A DNA stretch of 60,315 nucleotides from an uncultured Candidatus Saccharibacteria bacterium. GTDB taxonomy: Bacteria; Patescibacteriota; Minisyncoccia; UBA6257; GWB1-50-10. Below, piece by piece: positions 1 through 9,490 of the stretch. Location: contig CAYQPG010000001.1 of assembly GCA_964419525.1 (NCBI GenBank), positions 1 through 60,315 on the forward strand, written 5' to 3'. The notes beneath the pieces were generated by a model, which worked only from the letters and a program-made list of their open reading frames with translations, was not told the DNA's origin and searched no databases. The position numbers and the translations under genes were made by a program. How positions within the stretch are numbered: position 1 is the stretch's first letter; each line of letters starts with the position of its first letter.

Positions 1-124
1 CGCCCGTCAGTTTCACGAAAAGCTTCAGGTACCGTTCGTAGTTCTCGCGCGTCTTTCTGGAGCGGTTTTTTTCTATCTCCAGATAGTCAAGATATTCTTT
101 GAGGTATTTTTCGATGTCCGTCAT
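1..124 (-). CDS. Tyrosine recombinase (XerC/XerD-like), N-terminal fragment truncated by the window edge
   Basis: Reverse-strand ATG at 124-122. Translation MTDIEKYLKEYLDYLEIEKNRSRKTRENYERYLKLFVKLTG fits the SAM-like N-terminal core-binding domain pattern of Xer/phage-integrase recombinases. It is absent from the ORF track because it is truncated. Confidence 0.5.
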   Translation of the reverse strand, partial: MTDIEKYLKEYLDYLEIEKNRSRKTRENYERYLKLFVKLTG

Positions 125-212
125 TTGAGTAATTTTAACACTAATCCGATATCGGCGCCGGTCCGTGCGCCGGGGGTTTACATTTGCCGGATTTTACGAT
201 AAGATATTAAAA

Positions 213-479
213 ATGCTTACTAAAAGACAAAAACAGAACACCATGAAAGAATCCGGCAGACACGAGAAAGATACCGGTTCCAGCGAGGTTCAGGTCTCAC
301 TTTTATCAAAAAGAATCAAGCTTTTAGCCGATCACCTGAAGAAAAATCCCAAGGATTTCACGTCCCGGAGAGGGCTTCTTATGATGGTGGGTAAGAGAAG
401 GAGGCTTTTGCAGTATCTCAAAGAAAACGACGAAAAGTCCTATTCCAAGATAACTAAAAAATTGGAAATAGAATCCTAA
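213..479 (+). CDS. rpsO: 30S ribosomal protein S15
   Basis: 88-aa product from ATG 213; the ORF-track start at 165 adds 16 non-conserved residues. Contains ...VQVSLLSKRIKLLADHLKKNPKDFTSRRGLLMMVGKRRRLLQYL... and lies upstream of pnp, as is usual. Confidence 0.9.
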   Translation: MLTKRQKQNTMKESGRHEKDTGSSEVQVSLLSKRIKLLADHLKKNPKDFTSRRGLLMMVGKRRRLLQYLKENDEKSYSKITKKLEIES

Positions 480-487
480 TATAGGTA

Positions 488-1084
488 ATGGCCAGTTACA
501 ACTCAAACCAAAGGGTGGGAATGTTCATAGACGTCCAGAACATATACCACTCGGCTAAAAATTTATATCAAGCAAGGGTCAATTTTAACGAACTTCTGAA
601 GTATTTGGTGGGGCGAAGGCAACTCGTTAAAGCCTTTGCCTACGTCGTGAAGAGCGATACCGCCTTCGGCGAGGAATCGTTTTTTGAAGCCCTCCGGAAG
701 ACCGGATTGGAACTCAGATCGAAAGATCTTCAGGTCTATCCGGACGGAACCAAAAAGGGCGACTGGGACGTGGGCATCGCCGTGGACGCCGTGAGGAGCG
801 CTCACGCCTTGGATGTGGTGATCCTCGTTACCGGCGACGGCGACTTTGTGCCTTTGGTCCAATATTTGAAACTGGGCTTCGGCAAGCAGGTCGAAGTGGC
901 GGCTTTTTCTCACACGGCCTCGGCCCGACTCAAGGAAGCAACCGATGTTTTCGTCGACATAGAAAAAATACCGAGAGTCCTCCTTAAAATAAACCAGCGG
1001 ATCACTCCGAGGGCAAACCAAAGGCCCAACCAAGGCCAAAGACCCAATCCGAGACCCAGAAGAGGAAGGAATATTCACATATAA
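488..1084 (+). CDS. NYN/LabA-like (DUF88) putative RNase with a basic Pro/Arg/Gln-rich C-terminal tail
   Basis: Motifs GMFIDVQN, KGDWDVGIAVD and VILVTGDGDFVPLV match the NYN acidic-residue pattern. The tail reads RANQRPNQGQRPNPRPRRGRN. Confidence 0.8.
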   Translation: MASYNSNQRVGMFIDVQNIYHSAKNLYQARVNFNELLKYLVGRRQLVKAFAYVVKSDTAFGEESFFEALRKTGLELRSKDLQVYPDGTKKGDWDVGIAVDAVRSAHALDVVILVTGDGDFVPLVQYLKLGFGKQVEVAAFSHTASARLKEATDVFVDIEKIPRVLLKINQRITPRANQRPNQGQRPNPRPRRGRNIHI

Positions 1085-1095
1085 AAACGAACAAT

Positions 1096-3129
1096 ATGGA
1101 ACTCAACAAAAAAACGTACGCAACGAACGTCGACGGGAGAGATTTCTCGCTCGAGGTATCGCGCATAGCCGGCCAGGCCAACGCCGCGATCATTGGCAAA
1201 TCGGGCGAAACGGCCGTCCTCGCGACCGTCGTCATGAGCAAGGAAAACAAGCCGGGCGATTTCTTTCCGCTCACGGTTGATTACGAGGAGAGGTTTTACG
1301 CGGCCGGCAAAATAATAGGCAGCCGCTTTATAAGAAGAGAGGGACGGCCTTCAGATGAAGCGATACTATCGTCCCGCTTAATAGACAGGGCGATAAGGCC
1401 TCTCTTCGATCAAAGATTGAGGCGCGAGGTCCAGGTGGTCATAACAGTCCTCGCTTACGACGAGAAGAACGATCCCGATGAGGTGGCACTCCTATCGGTT
1501 TCGACGGCCCTCGGAATTTCCGACGTCCCGTGGGACGGTCCGGTAGCCGGAATAAAAATATCCAAAGACGAGGATAAAAAAGGTTTCTTCGCGGGCACGG
1601 CCGAAAAAATTAACATGATAGAATTCGAAGGCAAGGAAAACGCAAAGGAAGAATTGGAAAATATTTTTTCCGAAGCCCAAAAGAACATCGGCCAACTGGT
1701 GGATTTTCAAAAGAAAATAATAAAGGAAATAGGGAAACCCAAGGCCGACGTGGCCCTTATGGCCGGCGATCCCAATCTTAAGAACAAGGTAGCCGAGTTC
1801 ATAAAGAATGACGTAGAGGAATCATTGAAGGAAAAGCAGGTTGAGGAATTGAAATCAAGGCTTTTCGAACACCTTAAGGAATCAGGCGAGAACGAGGAAA
1901 GTCTGAAAGTGGCGGAAGTGATATTCGAGGATGAAGTCGACAGGTTCGTGCATGATCTGGCCAACGAACGCGGGGAACGGGTCGACGGCCGAAAGTTCGA
2001 CGAGATAAGGGACCTTTACGCCGAGGTTGGACTTTTTAAACGCACTCACGGTTCGGCGCTGTTCATTAGAGGCGAGACGCAAGTTCTCGCCATAACGACT
2101 TTGGCCGCGCCGGGAGCCGAACAGATAGTCGAGACGATGGAAACGACCGGCAAAAAAAGATTCATGCTCCATTACAATTTCCCCGGCTTTTCCGTTGGAG
2201 AAACCTCGAGATCGAGAGGTCCCGGACGAAGGGAGATCGGGCACGGCAACTTGGCCCAAAAGGGAATAGCCGCCGTTCTGCCTTCCATGGACGAATTTCC
2301 TTACACTATAAGAGTGGTGGCCGAAACATTGTCTTCCAACGGTTCTTCTTCGATGGCCTCGACGTGCGCCACGTCACTTTCCTTGATGGACGCCGGCGTA
2401 CCGATCAAAAAACAAGTAGCCGGAATATCGATAGGCCTCATGACGGGCTCGGGCGACGCCTACAAGCTCCTGACCGACATCCAAGGACCGGAGGATCACT
2501 ACGGCGACATGGACTTTAAAGTATCCGGGACGAGGGACGGAATAAACGCCATACAAATGGACGTGAAGATCGGCGGCATCACTTTTCAAATATTCAAGGA
2601 GGCCATAAGGGCCGCCGAAAAGGCCAGGATGCAAATCCTGGATTTCATGGACAAGGCCATAAGCGCCCCGAGAAAAGAACTTTCCCCTTACGCCCCGAAG
2701 ATAGTCATCATCCAGATACCCAAAGAAAAAATAGGCGAGCTTATCGGCCCGGGCGGCAAGGTCATAAACGGGATCTTGGCGGCCACCGGCAATAAAGTGA
2801 CCATAGACATAGAAGAAGACGGCCACGTCTACATAGCCGGCTACGAGGATGAGTTCGTTAATCAAGCGGTCCAGATGGCAAAACAAGTCGTCAAGGAATA
2901 CCAGATCGGCGAGATCGTCGAAGGCCCGGTGGTCAGAATCCTCGAATTCGGAGCCATCGTGGATCTCGGCGGCGGACAGGACGGCATGATACACGTATCG
3001 GAGCTCAAGAACGGCTACGTCAAGAAAGTGGAGGACGTCGTGAAAATCGGCGATACGGTCAAAGCCAAGATAATAAAAATGGACGGCGGGAAGATAGGAT
3101 TGTCAATGAAAGCCCTGTCCGAGTCCTAA
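1096..3129 (+). CDS. pnp: Polyribonucleotide nucleotidyltransferase (PNPase)
   Basis: 677 aa with two RNase-PH-like halves (GSSSMASTCATSLSLMDAGVP), a KH domain (IGELIGPGGKVING) and an S1 domain (GEIVEGPVVRILEFGAIVDL...GMIHVSEL). Confidence 0.95.
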   Translation: MELNKKTYATNVDGRDFSLEVSRIAGQANAAIIGKSGETAVLATVVMSKENKPGDFFPLTVDYEERFYAAGKIIGSRFIRREGRPSDEAILSSRLIDRAIRPLFDQRLRREVQVVITVLAYDEKNDPDEVALLSVSTALGISDVPWDGPVAGIKISKDEDKKGFFAGTAEKINMIEFEGKENAKEELENIFSEAQKNIGQLVDFQKKIIKEIGKPKADVALMAGDPNLKNKVAEFIKNDVEESLKEKQVEELKSRLFEHLKESGENEESLKVAEVIFEDEVDRFVHDLANERGERVDGRKFDEIRDLYAEVGLFKRTHGSALFIRGETQVLAITTLAAPGAEQIVETMETTGKKRFMLHYNFPGFSVGETSRSRGPGRREIGHGNLAQKGIAAVLPSMDEFPYTIRVVAETLSSNGSSSMASTCATSLSLMDAGVPIKKQVAGISIGLMTGSGDAYKLLTDIQGPEDHYGDMDFKVSGTRDGINAIQMDVKIGGITFQIFKEAIRAAEKARMQILDFMDKAISAPRKELSPYAPKIVIIQIPKEKIGELIGPGGKVINGILAATGNKVTIDIEEDGHVYIAGYEDEFVNQAVQMAKQVVKEYQIGEIVEGPVVRILEFGAIVDLGGGQDGMIHVSELKNGYVKKVEDVVKIGDTVKAKIIKMDGGKIGLSMKALSES

Positions 3130-3174
3130 GAGAGCTTAACTTTTCCACAGAATATAATCCGCCAAAGTGCTATA

Positions 3175-4284
3175 ATGGTAGCAATGGCAGATCAAAACTT
3201 TAATCAAGGTTCGTCTCCGTCTCCTGTCGGCGGAGGGGGACAAAAACCGCCGATAGACGTAAGAACGATGGCTTCCGACCTGAACTCTATCCAGGGCGGC
3301 GGATCGCCGCAATCCTACACGCCGAAAGGGCCGGAACCAAAACCGAGCCAGCCGGCGCCGCAACCGGGATCGCAGCCGAGTCAGAGCTTCGACTTCCAGA
3401 TACCGCAAGTTCCGACCGACCTCTCCGCGCCGGCCGCCTCACCTGAGATGCCGATCAAACAAAAGAAAGGGGGTAAGGGAGCGTTGGTGGGCATCGTATC
3501 TTTCGTTGTAGTCATAGCGCTGGGCGCCTTGGGCTACTTCGTCGTATACCCGATGTTCTCGACTTCATCGCCGTCCAAAACCCAAACCGTGCAAATAAAT
3601 ACGACGACCGAAAATCAAGCGCCGACCAGCACGGGCGAGACTCAACCGGTCGCGGTTGTGACCACGACCACCGAATCGACGTCATCCTCCGAGACTACGA
3701 CCACCCCGGTCGTTGCCACTTCCACGGAACCCGTAGTCCATCAATCGCTTTTTCAAAACACCGACGGTTCGATAACTCTCAATAACCCAATCAAGGCCTC
3801 GGCCTTGGATGGGCTGAACCTCGGGACATCTAAAGAACCGGCTTTCGTTGAAGTCGCGTTCGACGATCAAAATGGAAATCCGATAGGGTTTTCCGACCTG
3901 ATGAAATCTCTCATATCCGCCGATCTCACGCAATCGGGACTTAGCCAAGCCTTCAATCCGGCTTATACGTCCGGCTTCGTCTACGTCGATTCGTCAGGCC
4001 AGAGATGGCTGGGTTTCGCCGCCAAACTTTCAGCGACCTCGACTTTGGTGGATGAAAAGGCTTCCTTCGCTCAGATATTCGAATCGAACACGAATCTGAA
4101 GAACTTCTTCGCGACCGATCCCGGCACCGAAGGCGCCTGGAAAAACGGCGATCCAACGACCTCCAACCGATATGTCCTCTTCAGCAAGAACGGCTATGGC
4201 CTGGATTACGGTTGGAAGAACGACACGCTTATCATCTCCTCGTCTTACGACGGCTATAAAGCGGCCATCCAAAATCTTAAGTAA
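3175..4284 (+). CDS. Hypothetical single-pass membrane protein (Pro/Gly/Gln-rich N-terminus, Thr/Ser-rich linker)
   Basis: VRTMASDL motif, one TM helix (ALVGIVSFVVVIALGALGYFVVYPMF), a TTTESTSSSETTTTP linker and a C-terminal globular part. I recognise no domain. Confidence 0.6.
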   Translation: MVAMADQNFNQGSSPSPVGGGGQKPPIDVRTMASDLNSIQGGGSPQSYTPKGPEPKPSQPAPQPGSQPSQSFDFQIPQVPTDLSAPAASPEMPIKQKKGGKGALVGIVSFVVVIALGALGYFVVYPMFSTSSPSKTQTVQINTTTENQAPTSTGETQPVAVVTTTTESTSSSETTTTPVVATSTEPVVHQSLFQNTDGSITLNNPIKASALDGLNLGTSKEPAFVEVAFDDQNGNPIGFSDLMKSLISADLTQSGLSQAFNPAYTSGFVYVDSSGQRWLGFAAKLSATSTLVDEKASFAQIFESNTNLKNFFATDPGTEGAWKNGDPTTSNRYVLFSKNGYGLDYGWKNDTLIISSSYDGYKAAIQNLK

Positions 4285-4353
4285 GCAAAATAAAAGTCGC
4301 CCCTAACTTATCCCAGCGATTCATAAAAAATCCGCGAATATTTATTACGTCAT

Positions 4354-4692
4354 ATGAACAAAGAAGAATTGGAAAAATTGAAGAAAAAATTGTTGGCCGA
4401 AAAGGAACTCATCGAGGGCAATCTGAAGAAATTCGAATCAGAACTTGATTTCGGGGACGACGCCGATCACATGGAAGAAGAGACCGATGAGACCGAGGAA
4501 ACGGCGAGTTTCTTAAGCGTCAAGGATAATCAAGATAAACGGCTGACTCAAATCGATAAGGCTCTGGAAAGGATAGACAACGGCTCGTATGGAATATGCG
4601 AGGCGTGCGGCGGTAAAATAGAGACCGAGATATTGAAAATAGATCCCGAATCTCTCTTGTGCAAGAAATGCAAGATCAAGGAGAGAGGTTGA
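4354..4692 (+). CDS. DksA/TraR-family C4 zinc-finger protein
   Basis: Coiled-coil N-terminus followed by CEACGGKIETEILKIDPESLLCKKC, a four-Cys finger. Confidence 0.7.
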   Translation: MNKEELEKLKKKLLAEKELIEGNLKKFESELDFGDDADHMEEETDETEETASFLSVKDNQDKRLTQIDKALERIDNGSYGICEACGGKIETEILKIDPESLLCKKCKIKERG

Positions 4693-4717
4693 GTCAGGTG
4701 CTTGAGGGGGTAACGCA

Positions 4718-6256
4718 ATGCACAAAGTCCCAAAATTATATTCGGCAGAGCTGGAGGGAATAAATGCCGAACTCGTGGAAGTGGAGGCCGACTTGAACGT
4801 CGGCCTCCACTCTTTTAACATCGTGGGGCTGGCCGACAAGGCCGTCTCAGAGGCCAAAGAGAGAGTCAACTCCGCCCTCAAAAATTCCGGAATAAAACCG
4901 CCGACCAAAGAAAACAGGAAAATAACCGTCAATCTGGCTCCGGCCGACATCAAAAAAACCGGATCCCACTTCGACCTGCCGATAGCCCTGAGCTATCTTT
5001 TGGCCAGCGAGCAAATGAGAGACTTCAACGGCGCGGACAAGATATTCGCCGGCGAACTATCTCTCGACGGGACATTGAGACCGATGGATGGCGCCCTCAA
5101 TATGGCGCTGTCAGCCAAAAAACGCGGCCTCAAGGAATTCTATTTGCCGCAAGACAACGCCAAGGAAGCCGCCATAGTGAAAGGTCTGCGGATAATGCCG
5201 GTATCGGACCTTTCAGATGCAATAATGCACCTGGAGGGCCGGAAAAAGATACGACCGGAACGCTTTGCCGACATTTCCGACCTGAAACGCGCGGAGCCGC
5301 GCGTAAGACTAAAAGACATAAAAGGTCAGGCGGCGGCCAAAAGGGCTTTAATGATCGCCGCGGCCGGCGGGCACAACCTAATATTTTCCGGACCGCCGGG
5401 AACAGGCAAAACAATGCTCGCCGAAGCGCTGATCTCCGTACTGCCGCCCCCTTCATACGAAGAAACGATAGAAATGACGGCGATCTGGAGCGCCGCCGGA
5501 CTTCTCATAAAAGAGAAACATTTCGTCAACACAAGGCAGTTCAGGTCGCCTCACCACACGTCTTCGCTGATTTCCATAATAGGCGGCGGCCAAAACCCAA
5601 GGCCCGGCGAGATAAGCCTAGCCCACAGGGGAGTGCTTTTTATGGATGAGTTGCCCGAATTTCACAGGGACACCCTCGAAGCCTTAAGACAGCCTTTGGA
5701 AAGCGGCGAAATAACGGTATCGAGAGCAAAGAAAATACTGCGCTTTCCGGCCAGATTTCTCCTCGTGGCCGCCAGAAACCCCTGCCCTTGCGGCTATTTC
5801 GGCGATACCGAGAAAGAATGCGTTTGCACCGCGAATGAGGTGATGAAATATCGGAAAAAAATATCCGGACCGCTTCTCGACAGGATAGACATGCAATTGA
5901 ACGTTCCCAGAATCAAAGCCGACGAGTTTTTTATGGAAGGGGACGAGGCTGAAGAGAACGAGATAAAAAACAGGATCACCGAGGCGAGGAACAAACAAAA
6001 AGAGAGATTCAAACGGTCGTCGCGGAACATCTACACCAACTCCGAAATGTCGTCGAGCGACGTCGAGAAACTTGTCGAGAAAGGCGCAGGCGCCGACGAA
6101 TTTCTGAAAGATATCCTGAATAAGAATTTCGTATCGGCCAGGGGTTATTACAAGACGCTTAAGATCGCTCAGACGATAGCCGACCTGGAAAATTCTCCGA
6201 TCGTGGAGAAAAAACATCTGGCAGAAGCGTTCCAGTATCGAATACGGGAAGAGTAG
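4718..6256 (+). CDS. comM: YifB/ComM-family Mg-chelatase-like AAA+ ATPase
   Basis: Lon-like N-domain, Walker A GPPGTGKT, VLFMDELPEF, and a Cys cluster PCPCGYFGDTEKECVC. Confidence 0.85.
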   Translation: MHKVPKLYSAELEGINAELVEVEADLNVGLHSFNIVGLADKAVSEAKERVNSALKNSGIKPPTKENRKITVNLAPADIKKTGSHFDLPIALSYLLASEQMRDFNGADKIFAGELSLDGTLRPMDGALNMALSAKKRGLKEFYLPQDNAKEAAIVKGLRIMPVSDLSDAIMHLEGRKKIRPERFADISDLKRAEPRVRLKDIKGQAAAKRALMIAAAGGHNLIFSGPPGTGKTMLAEALISVLPPPSYEETIEMTAIWSAAGLLIKEKHFVNTRQFRSPHHTSSLISIIGGGQNPRPGEISLAHRGVLFMDELPEFHRDTLEALRQPLESGEITVSRAKKILRFPARFLLVAARNPCPCGYFGDTEKECVCTANEVMKYRKKISGPLLDRIDMQLNVPRIKADEFFMEGDEAEENEIKNRITEARNKQKERFKRSSRNIYTNSEMSSSDVEKLVEKGAGADEFLKDILNKNFVSARGYYKTLKIAQTIADLENSPIVEKKHLAEAFQYRIREE

Positions 6257-6262
6257 AGATAA

Positions 6263-6312
6263 AGTATTTAGTACGTAGTATTTTGTATTCAGTAACAACG
6301 ATACTAAATACT
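6263..6312. terminator. Inverted repeat between convergent genes (possible bidirectional terminator)
   Basis: agtatttagta (6263-6273) is the exact reverse complement of tactaaatact (6302-6312). It lies between the comM stop (6256) and the M23 peptidase stop (6332). There is no clean U-tract. Confidence 0.35.
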
Positions 6313-6331
6313 GTATACTAATCCCTTGCTA

Positions 6332-7345
6332 CTATTGTATGGCGAACGGATTTTTCGCTCCGTAAACCTCGAAATGCAAATGACAACCGGTAGGTCCGTC
6401 GGTATTGCCGGTATTGCCCATAAGCCCTATCTCTTGGCCTTTTTTCACGTAGTCGCCGACTTTGACGAGCGCTTTGTCCAGATGGGCATACCTGGTTTTC
6501 GTGCCGTTCGGATGCTCTATGAACACGAATACGCCGTAGCCGTTGTTCCATCCGGAAGAACCGTCGCCCAAGCTGGGATCGGCGATTATCAATCCCTCGG
6601 CGGCGGCGTAGACCGGCGTACCGCACTGATTGGCTATATCCACGGCGTTGTAATTGTGGAGCTGACCCCAATTCCAGCCGACCGCCGGAAGACTGAAATA
6701 ATTTTTAAGATCTGGTAGGTTGGACGAAGTTTGGTTCAACGACGCGATATTGGAAATCTTGGCGTAGGGCACGATGAGGCTTCCTCCGGAACCGGAAAGT
6801 ATGTTCTGGTAATCCGGGTTGTATTTAGTGAGGAGATCTTCGGTGGTATTGAATTTGTCGGCTATTTCAGACAACGTATCTCCTTTTGAAACTTGATATA
6901 AAACGCCCGGGACGGGCAGTATGATAAGCTCCTGGTTGGGTCTGATCGACTTGATGTTCCTGTTAGCCAGCTGTATCGTCGTAACTGGTATGTCGAATTG
7001 CTTGGCTATGCTGGAAAGCGTGTCGCCGGCCTTAACTTTGTATTGTATGAGTCCGTTGCCCAACGGGATTATGCCGACCAGCGGGTTCTGATCGCCCAAG
7101 ATGCCCGACTGCGACACGAATATATTGTCCAATCCGACGTTGGAAGAAGAGATCGCTTCGCCGTTCCCGGCCACGACATAGGACGACGGCTCGTCGGGAA
7201 CGGGGCCGCCAAAGTTGAAATTTCTTTTGAAATCAGCCGCTTTAAACGTGGCGCCCAGAGCTGAAAAAACGATGCTCGAAGACACCAATAAAAACGCCGC
7301 CCAGAAAATAACGGACCTCAACATAGACCCCCCATAGGTCTTCAT
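6332..7345 (-). CDS. Secreted LysM-domain M23 peptidoglycan endopeptidase
   Basis: N-terminal signal/TM segment, two LysM repeats (YKVKAGDTLSSIAKQF, YQVSKGDTLSEIADKF) and M23 motifs (HPNGTKTRYAHL, GNTGNTDGPTGCHLHFEVY). Confidence 0.9.
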   Translation of the reverse strand: MKTYGGSMLRSVIFWAAFLLVSSSIVFSALGATFKAADFKRNFNFGGPVPDEPSSYVVAGNGEAISSSNVGLDNIFVSQSGILGDQNPLVGIIPLGNGLIQYKVKAGDTLSSIAKQFDIPVTTIQLANRNIKSIRPNQELIILPVPGVLYQVSKGDTLSEIADKFNTTEDLLTKYNPDYQNILSGSGGSLIVPYAKISNIASLNQTSSNLPDLKNYFSLPAVGWNWGQLHNYNAVDIANQCGTPVYAAAEGLIIADPSLGDGSSGWNNGYGVFVFIEHPNGTKTRYAHLDKALVKVGDYVKKGQEIGLMGNTGNTDGPTGCHLHFEVYGAKNPFAIQ

Positions 7346-7419
7346 GTACTTGAGTAAAATACTAATGGTAGAATTATATCACGACAATTTTTAATTTTCA
7401 ATCCTTAATTTTTAAATAA

Positions 7420-8253
7420 ATGCCTAGGCGCCTGGGACAGCACTTCCTTAAAAACAAAAAAATATTGGAGAAGATCGCCGATTCACTCAATCCCAAAAGC
7501 GGCGACATCGTCGTCGAAATAGGTCCCGGACACGGGGAGCTGACCGAAGAGTTACTGAAATATCCGGTGACCGTACTAGCAGTTGAGAGAGATGAAGCGC
7601 TTGTCAATTTTCTCAATAAAAATTTCAAAACCCAAATCTCAAACTTCAAATCAAATCCAAAATCAAGACTGCCAAAACTTAACATCCTGAACGGCGATGC
7701 GTTAAAAATTCTTCCGTCATTGATTGGTCGTTTGGAATTTGACATTGGTCATTCCGGCTACAAAGTAGTCGGGAATATTCCCTACTACATCACCGGATAT
7801 CTCCTCCGGATTTTAAGCGGTCTGGAACACAAGCCGGAGGCCATAACGCTCCTCATCCAGAAAGAAGTCGCTGAGCGGATCGTCGCAAAACCGCCGAAGA
7901 TGAATTTGCTCGCCGCCGTAACGCAATCATGGTCGGAACCGAAAATAATACTCTCCGTCGGCAGGAAAGAATTTTCTCCGCCGCCCAAAGTCGATTCCGC
8001 TGTCATAACCATGGTGCCGGGAGGCTCCCCGAGCACCCTCGGCGCTCGGGAGGCTCAGTATTACGAATTCCTCCGCGTTCTCTTTCGGCAACCGCGGAAA
8101 ACGATAGTGAATAACCTAATGACGAATGACAAGTTACAAATGACAAAAAATGATCTTATCAAAGAGTTGACCAAAATGAATATTAATCCGCTTGATAGGC
8201 CGCAAGATCTGTCCGCCGACGATATCGCCGGAATATTCAAGATCATCCTGTGA
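7420..8253 (+). CDS. rsmA: 16S rRNA (adenine1518/1519-N6)-dimethyltransferase
   Basis: LGQHFL, the SAM motif EIGPGHGELT, and GNIPYYITG. Contains two short A/T-rich insert-like tracts (see findings). Confidence 0.9.
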   Translation: MPRRLGQHFLKNKKILEKIADSLNPKSGDIVVEIGPGHGELTEELLKYPVTVLAVERDEALVNFLNKNFKTQISNFKSNPKSRLPKLNILNGDALKILPSLIGRLEFDIGHSGYKVVGNIPYYITGYLLRILSGLEHKPEAITLLIQKEVAERIVAKPPKMNLLAAVTQSWSEPKIILSVGRKEFSPPPKVDSAVITMVPGGSPSTLGAREAQYYEFLRVLFRQPRKTIVNNLMTNDKLQMTKNDLIKELTKMNINPLDRPQDLSADDIAGIFKIIL

Positions 8254-8257
8254 TATA

Positions 8258-8614
8258 ATGGAAGTGATGAAAAATAAGGTGCTGTTGATCTTTCTTCTCG
8301 CGATTATTTTCGCTTCTCTTGGTGCCAACGTGACGCAAGCGATAGGCTTTTCGTCTTTCGGCGGCAAAATAACCGCCATCCTGCCTTATACCGGATGCGG
8401 CATGCCGGTCATATCCGTGCAATCCGGCCTCGTGCCGCTCATACTCGGGATCCTTCCATCGACTTCGATATATGCTAACAAGATAACTCTTCCCGGTGCG
8501 TACGCTCTGGGCCTCTACATACCCATACCCACTCCTTGCTTCACGCCTCCGTCGCCCATACCGACCGGATACGCCTTCCCGGTGATGAGCATAGGCACCT
8601 CTTTATTGCCTTAG
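8258..8614 (+). CDS. Small secreted hydrophobic/Pro-rich protein
   Basis: ATG 8258 (or 8267) follows the rsmA stop directly. Signal peptide MKNKVLLIFLLAIIFASLGANVTQA. The ORF-track start at 8192 would overlap rsmA. Confidence 0.5.
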   Translation: MEVMKNKVLLIFLLAIIFASLGANVTQAIGFSSFGGKITAILPYTGCGMPVISVQSGLVPLILGILPSTSIYANKITLPGAYALGLYIPIPTPCFTPPSPIPTGYAFPVMSIGTSLLP

Positions 8615-8701
8615 CGACGCCAAAAACCTTATAAACAACGGAGATGTATTGTATAATTAGAATCAGGAATTATTCTACCTGCGCTCGGTTCGATTTTTAA
8701 G

Positions 8702-9490
8702 ATGAAATCAAGTTCCATGAAATTAATAGGAATCTTAAAAAGGAAGAGGAAGGCGGTCAGCATCCTCATTCTTACCGCATCGCTCGCCTTGAGCGCTTAT
8801 TTGATATTCGCTCCGGCCAAGAAGAACGTGCATCAAAACGCCCTGGCTCAAATAGCCACTTCCAGTGAGAGCCAAGGAACGGATCCCAGTCTGACCTTCC
8901 AGCCAAGCCAGCAAGAAAACTTGACGCTGAACTTCGCCAACCAGACGTTCAATAACGCCGTTAACAACGACTTGTACCAGAAAAACGGGAGCGCGAGCAT
9001 AATACCGCCCAACCAATCGGACATACAGAACACGATATCCCAGATCATAGACCAGGAATACGCCACGCCGGTCCTTAAAAGCTCCGACGTGACGGTCGGC
9101 ACCGACGATTCCAAGAACGCGCAGAGGATCTACGTATTATACGTGAACCAGGTGATGTCCAGTCTCCCGACATTAACATCCGACACCTCCTCAGCCCAAA
9201 CACAAGAATCGCTTGAGTCGCTGTTCCTGAGCTCGGCCAAGAATCTCGATACGGCCGCTCAGCTTCTGGAGGCCATAAAAGTTCCGCCCTCTTGGGTCCA
9301 AATACATAAAAATTTGCTGTCTCTCCTGATACACCAAAGGAACATCTTCGAATCCCTTTCCAAGGCCGGGAGTGATCCGTTGCGTTTCATGATAGCTCTC
9401 TATCAGACCTCACCGACCGAATTTGACAGCGCTTTTCAAGAGATAAAGAACGAGATAAATCAAAAAATAACCAATGAAGGCCTTATATAA
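8702..9490 (+). CDS. Membrane-anchored hypothetical protein; first gene of the T4SS-like operon
   Basis: N-terminal anchor AVSILILTASLALSAYLIFAP followed by a Gln/Ser/Asn-rich ectodomain. TATAAT at 8652-8657 lies upstream. Its 3' end overlaps the next ORF. Confidence 0.55.
   Translation: MKSSSMKLIGILKRKRKAVSILILTASLALSAYLIFAPAKKNVHQNALAQIATSSESQGTDPSLTFQPSQQENLTLNFANQTFNNAVNNDLYQKNGSASIIPPNQSDIQNTISQIIDQEYATPVLKSSDVTVGTDDSKNAQRIYVLYVNQVMSSLPTLTSDTSSAQTQESLESLFLSSAKNLDTAAQLLEAIKVPPSWVQIHKNLLSLLIHQRNIFESLSKAGSDPLRFMIALYQTSPTEFDSAFQEIKNEINQKITNEGLI

Noticed and set aside
563-1078. Long antisense or out-of-frame ORFs in the track. Examples: 563-1078(-), 2374-2994(-), 5684-6298(-), 9849-10571(-), 15905-16693(+), 15993-16511(-), 40033-40770(-), 43966-44571(-), 50462-50992(+), 55741-56334(-), 59866-60288(-).
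   Set aside because: Each lies wholly inside a gene with clear family motifs on the other strand or frame. Their products are Arg/Gly/Pro- or Ser/Phe-rich low-complexity sequences typical of shadow frames. None has a plausible start context.
8251-8253. Possible alternative genetic code (UGA recoded, as in some candidate phyla).
   Set aside because: TGA ends rsmA (8251-8253) and mutM (37742-37744) exactly where homolog lengths and the next gene's start predict a stop. No conserved gene needs read-through of TGA. The only suspicious in-frame stop is the TAG in virB4.
8192-8257. The N-terminal extension of the 140-aa ORF, and similarly 19424-19519, 165-212, 36866-36874, 37720-37740, 42198-42224 and 45022-45042.
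   Set aside because: The extensions overlap the preceding gene or a terminator and add non-conserved residues. Internal ATGs placed right after the upstream stop give canonical N-termini: a signal peptide, MPELPEV for Fpg, and so on.
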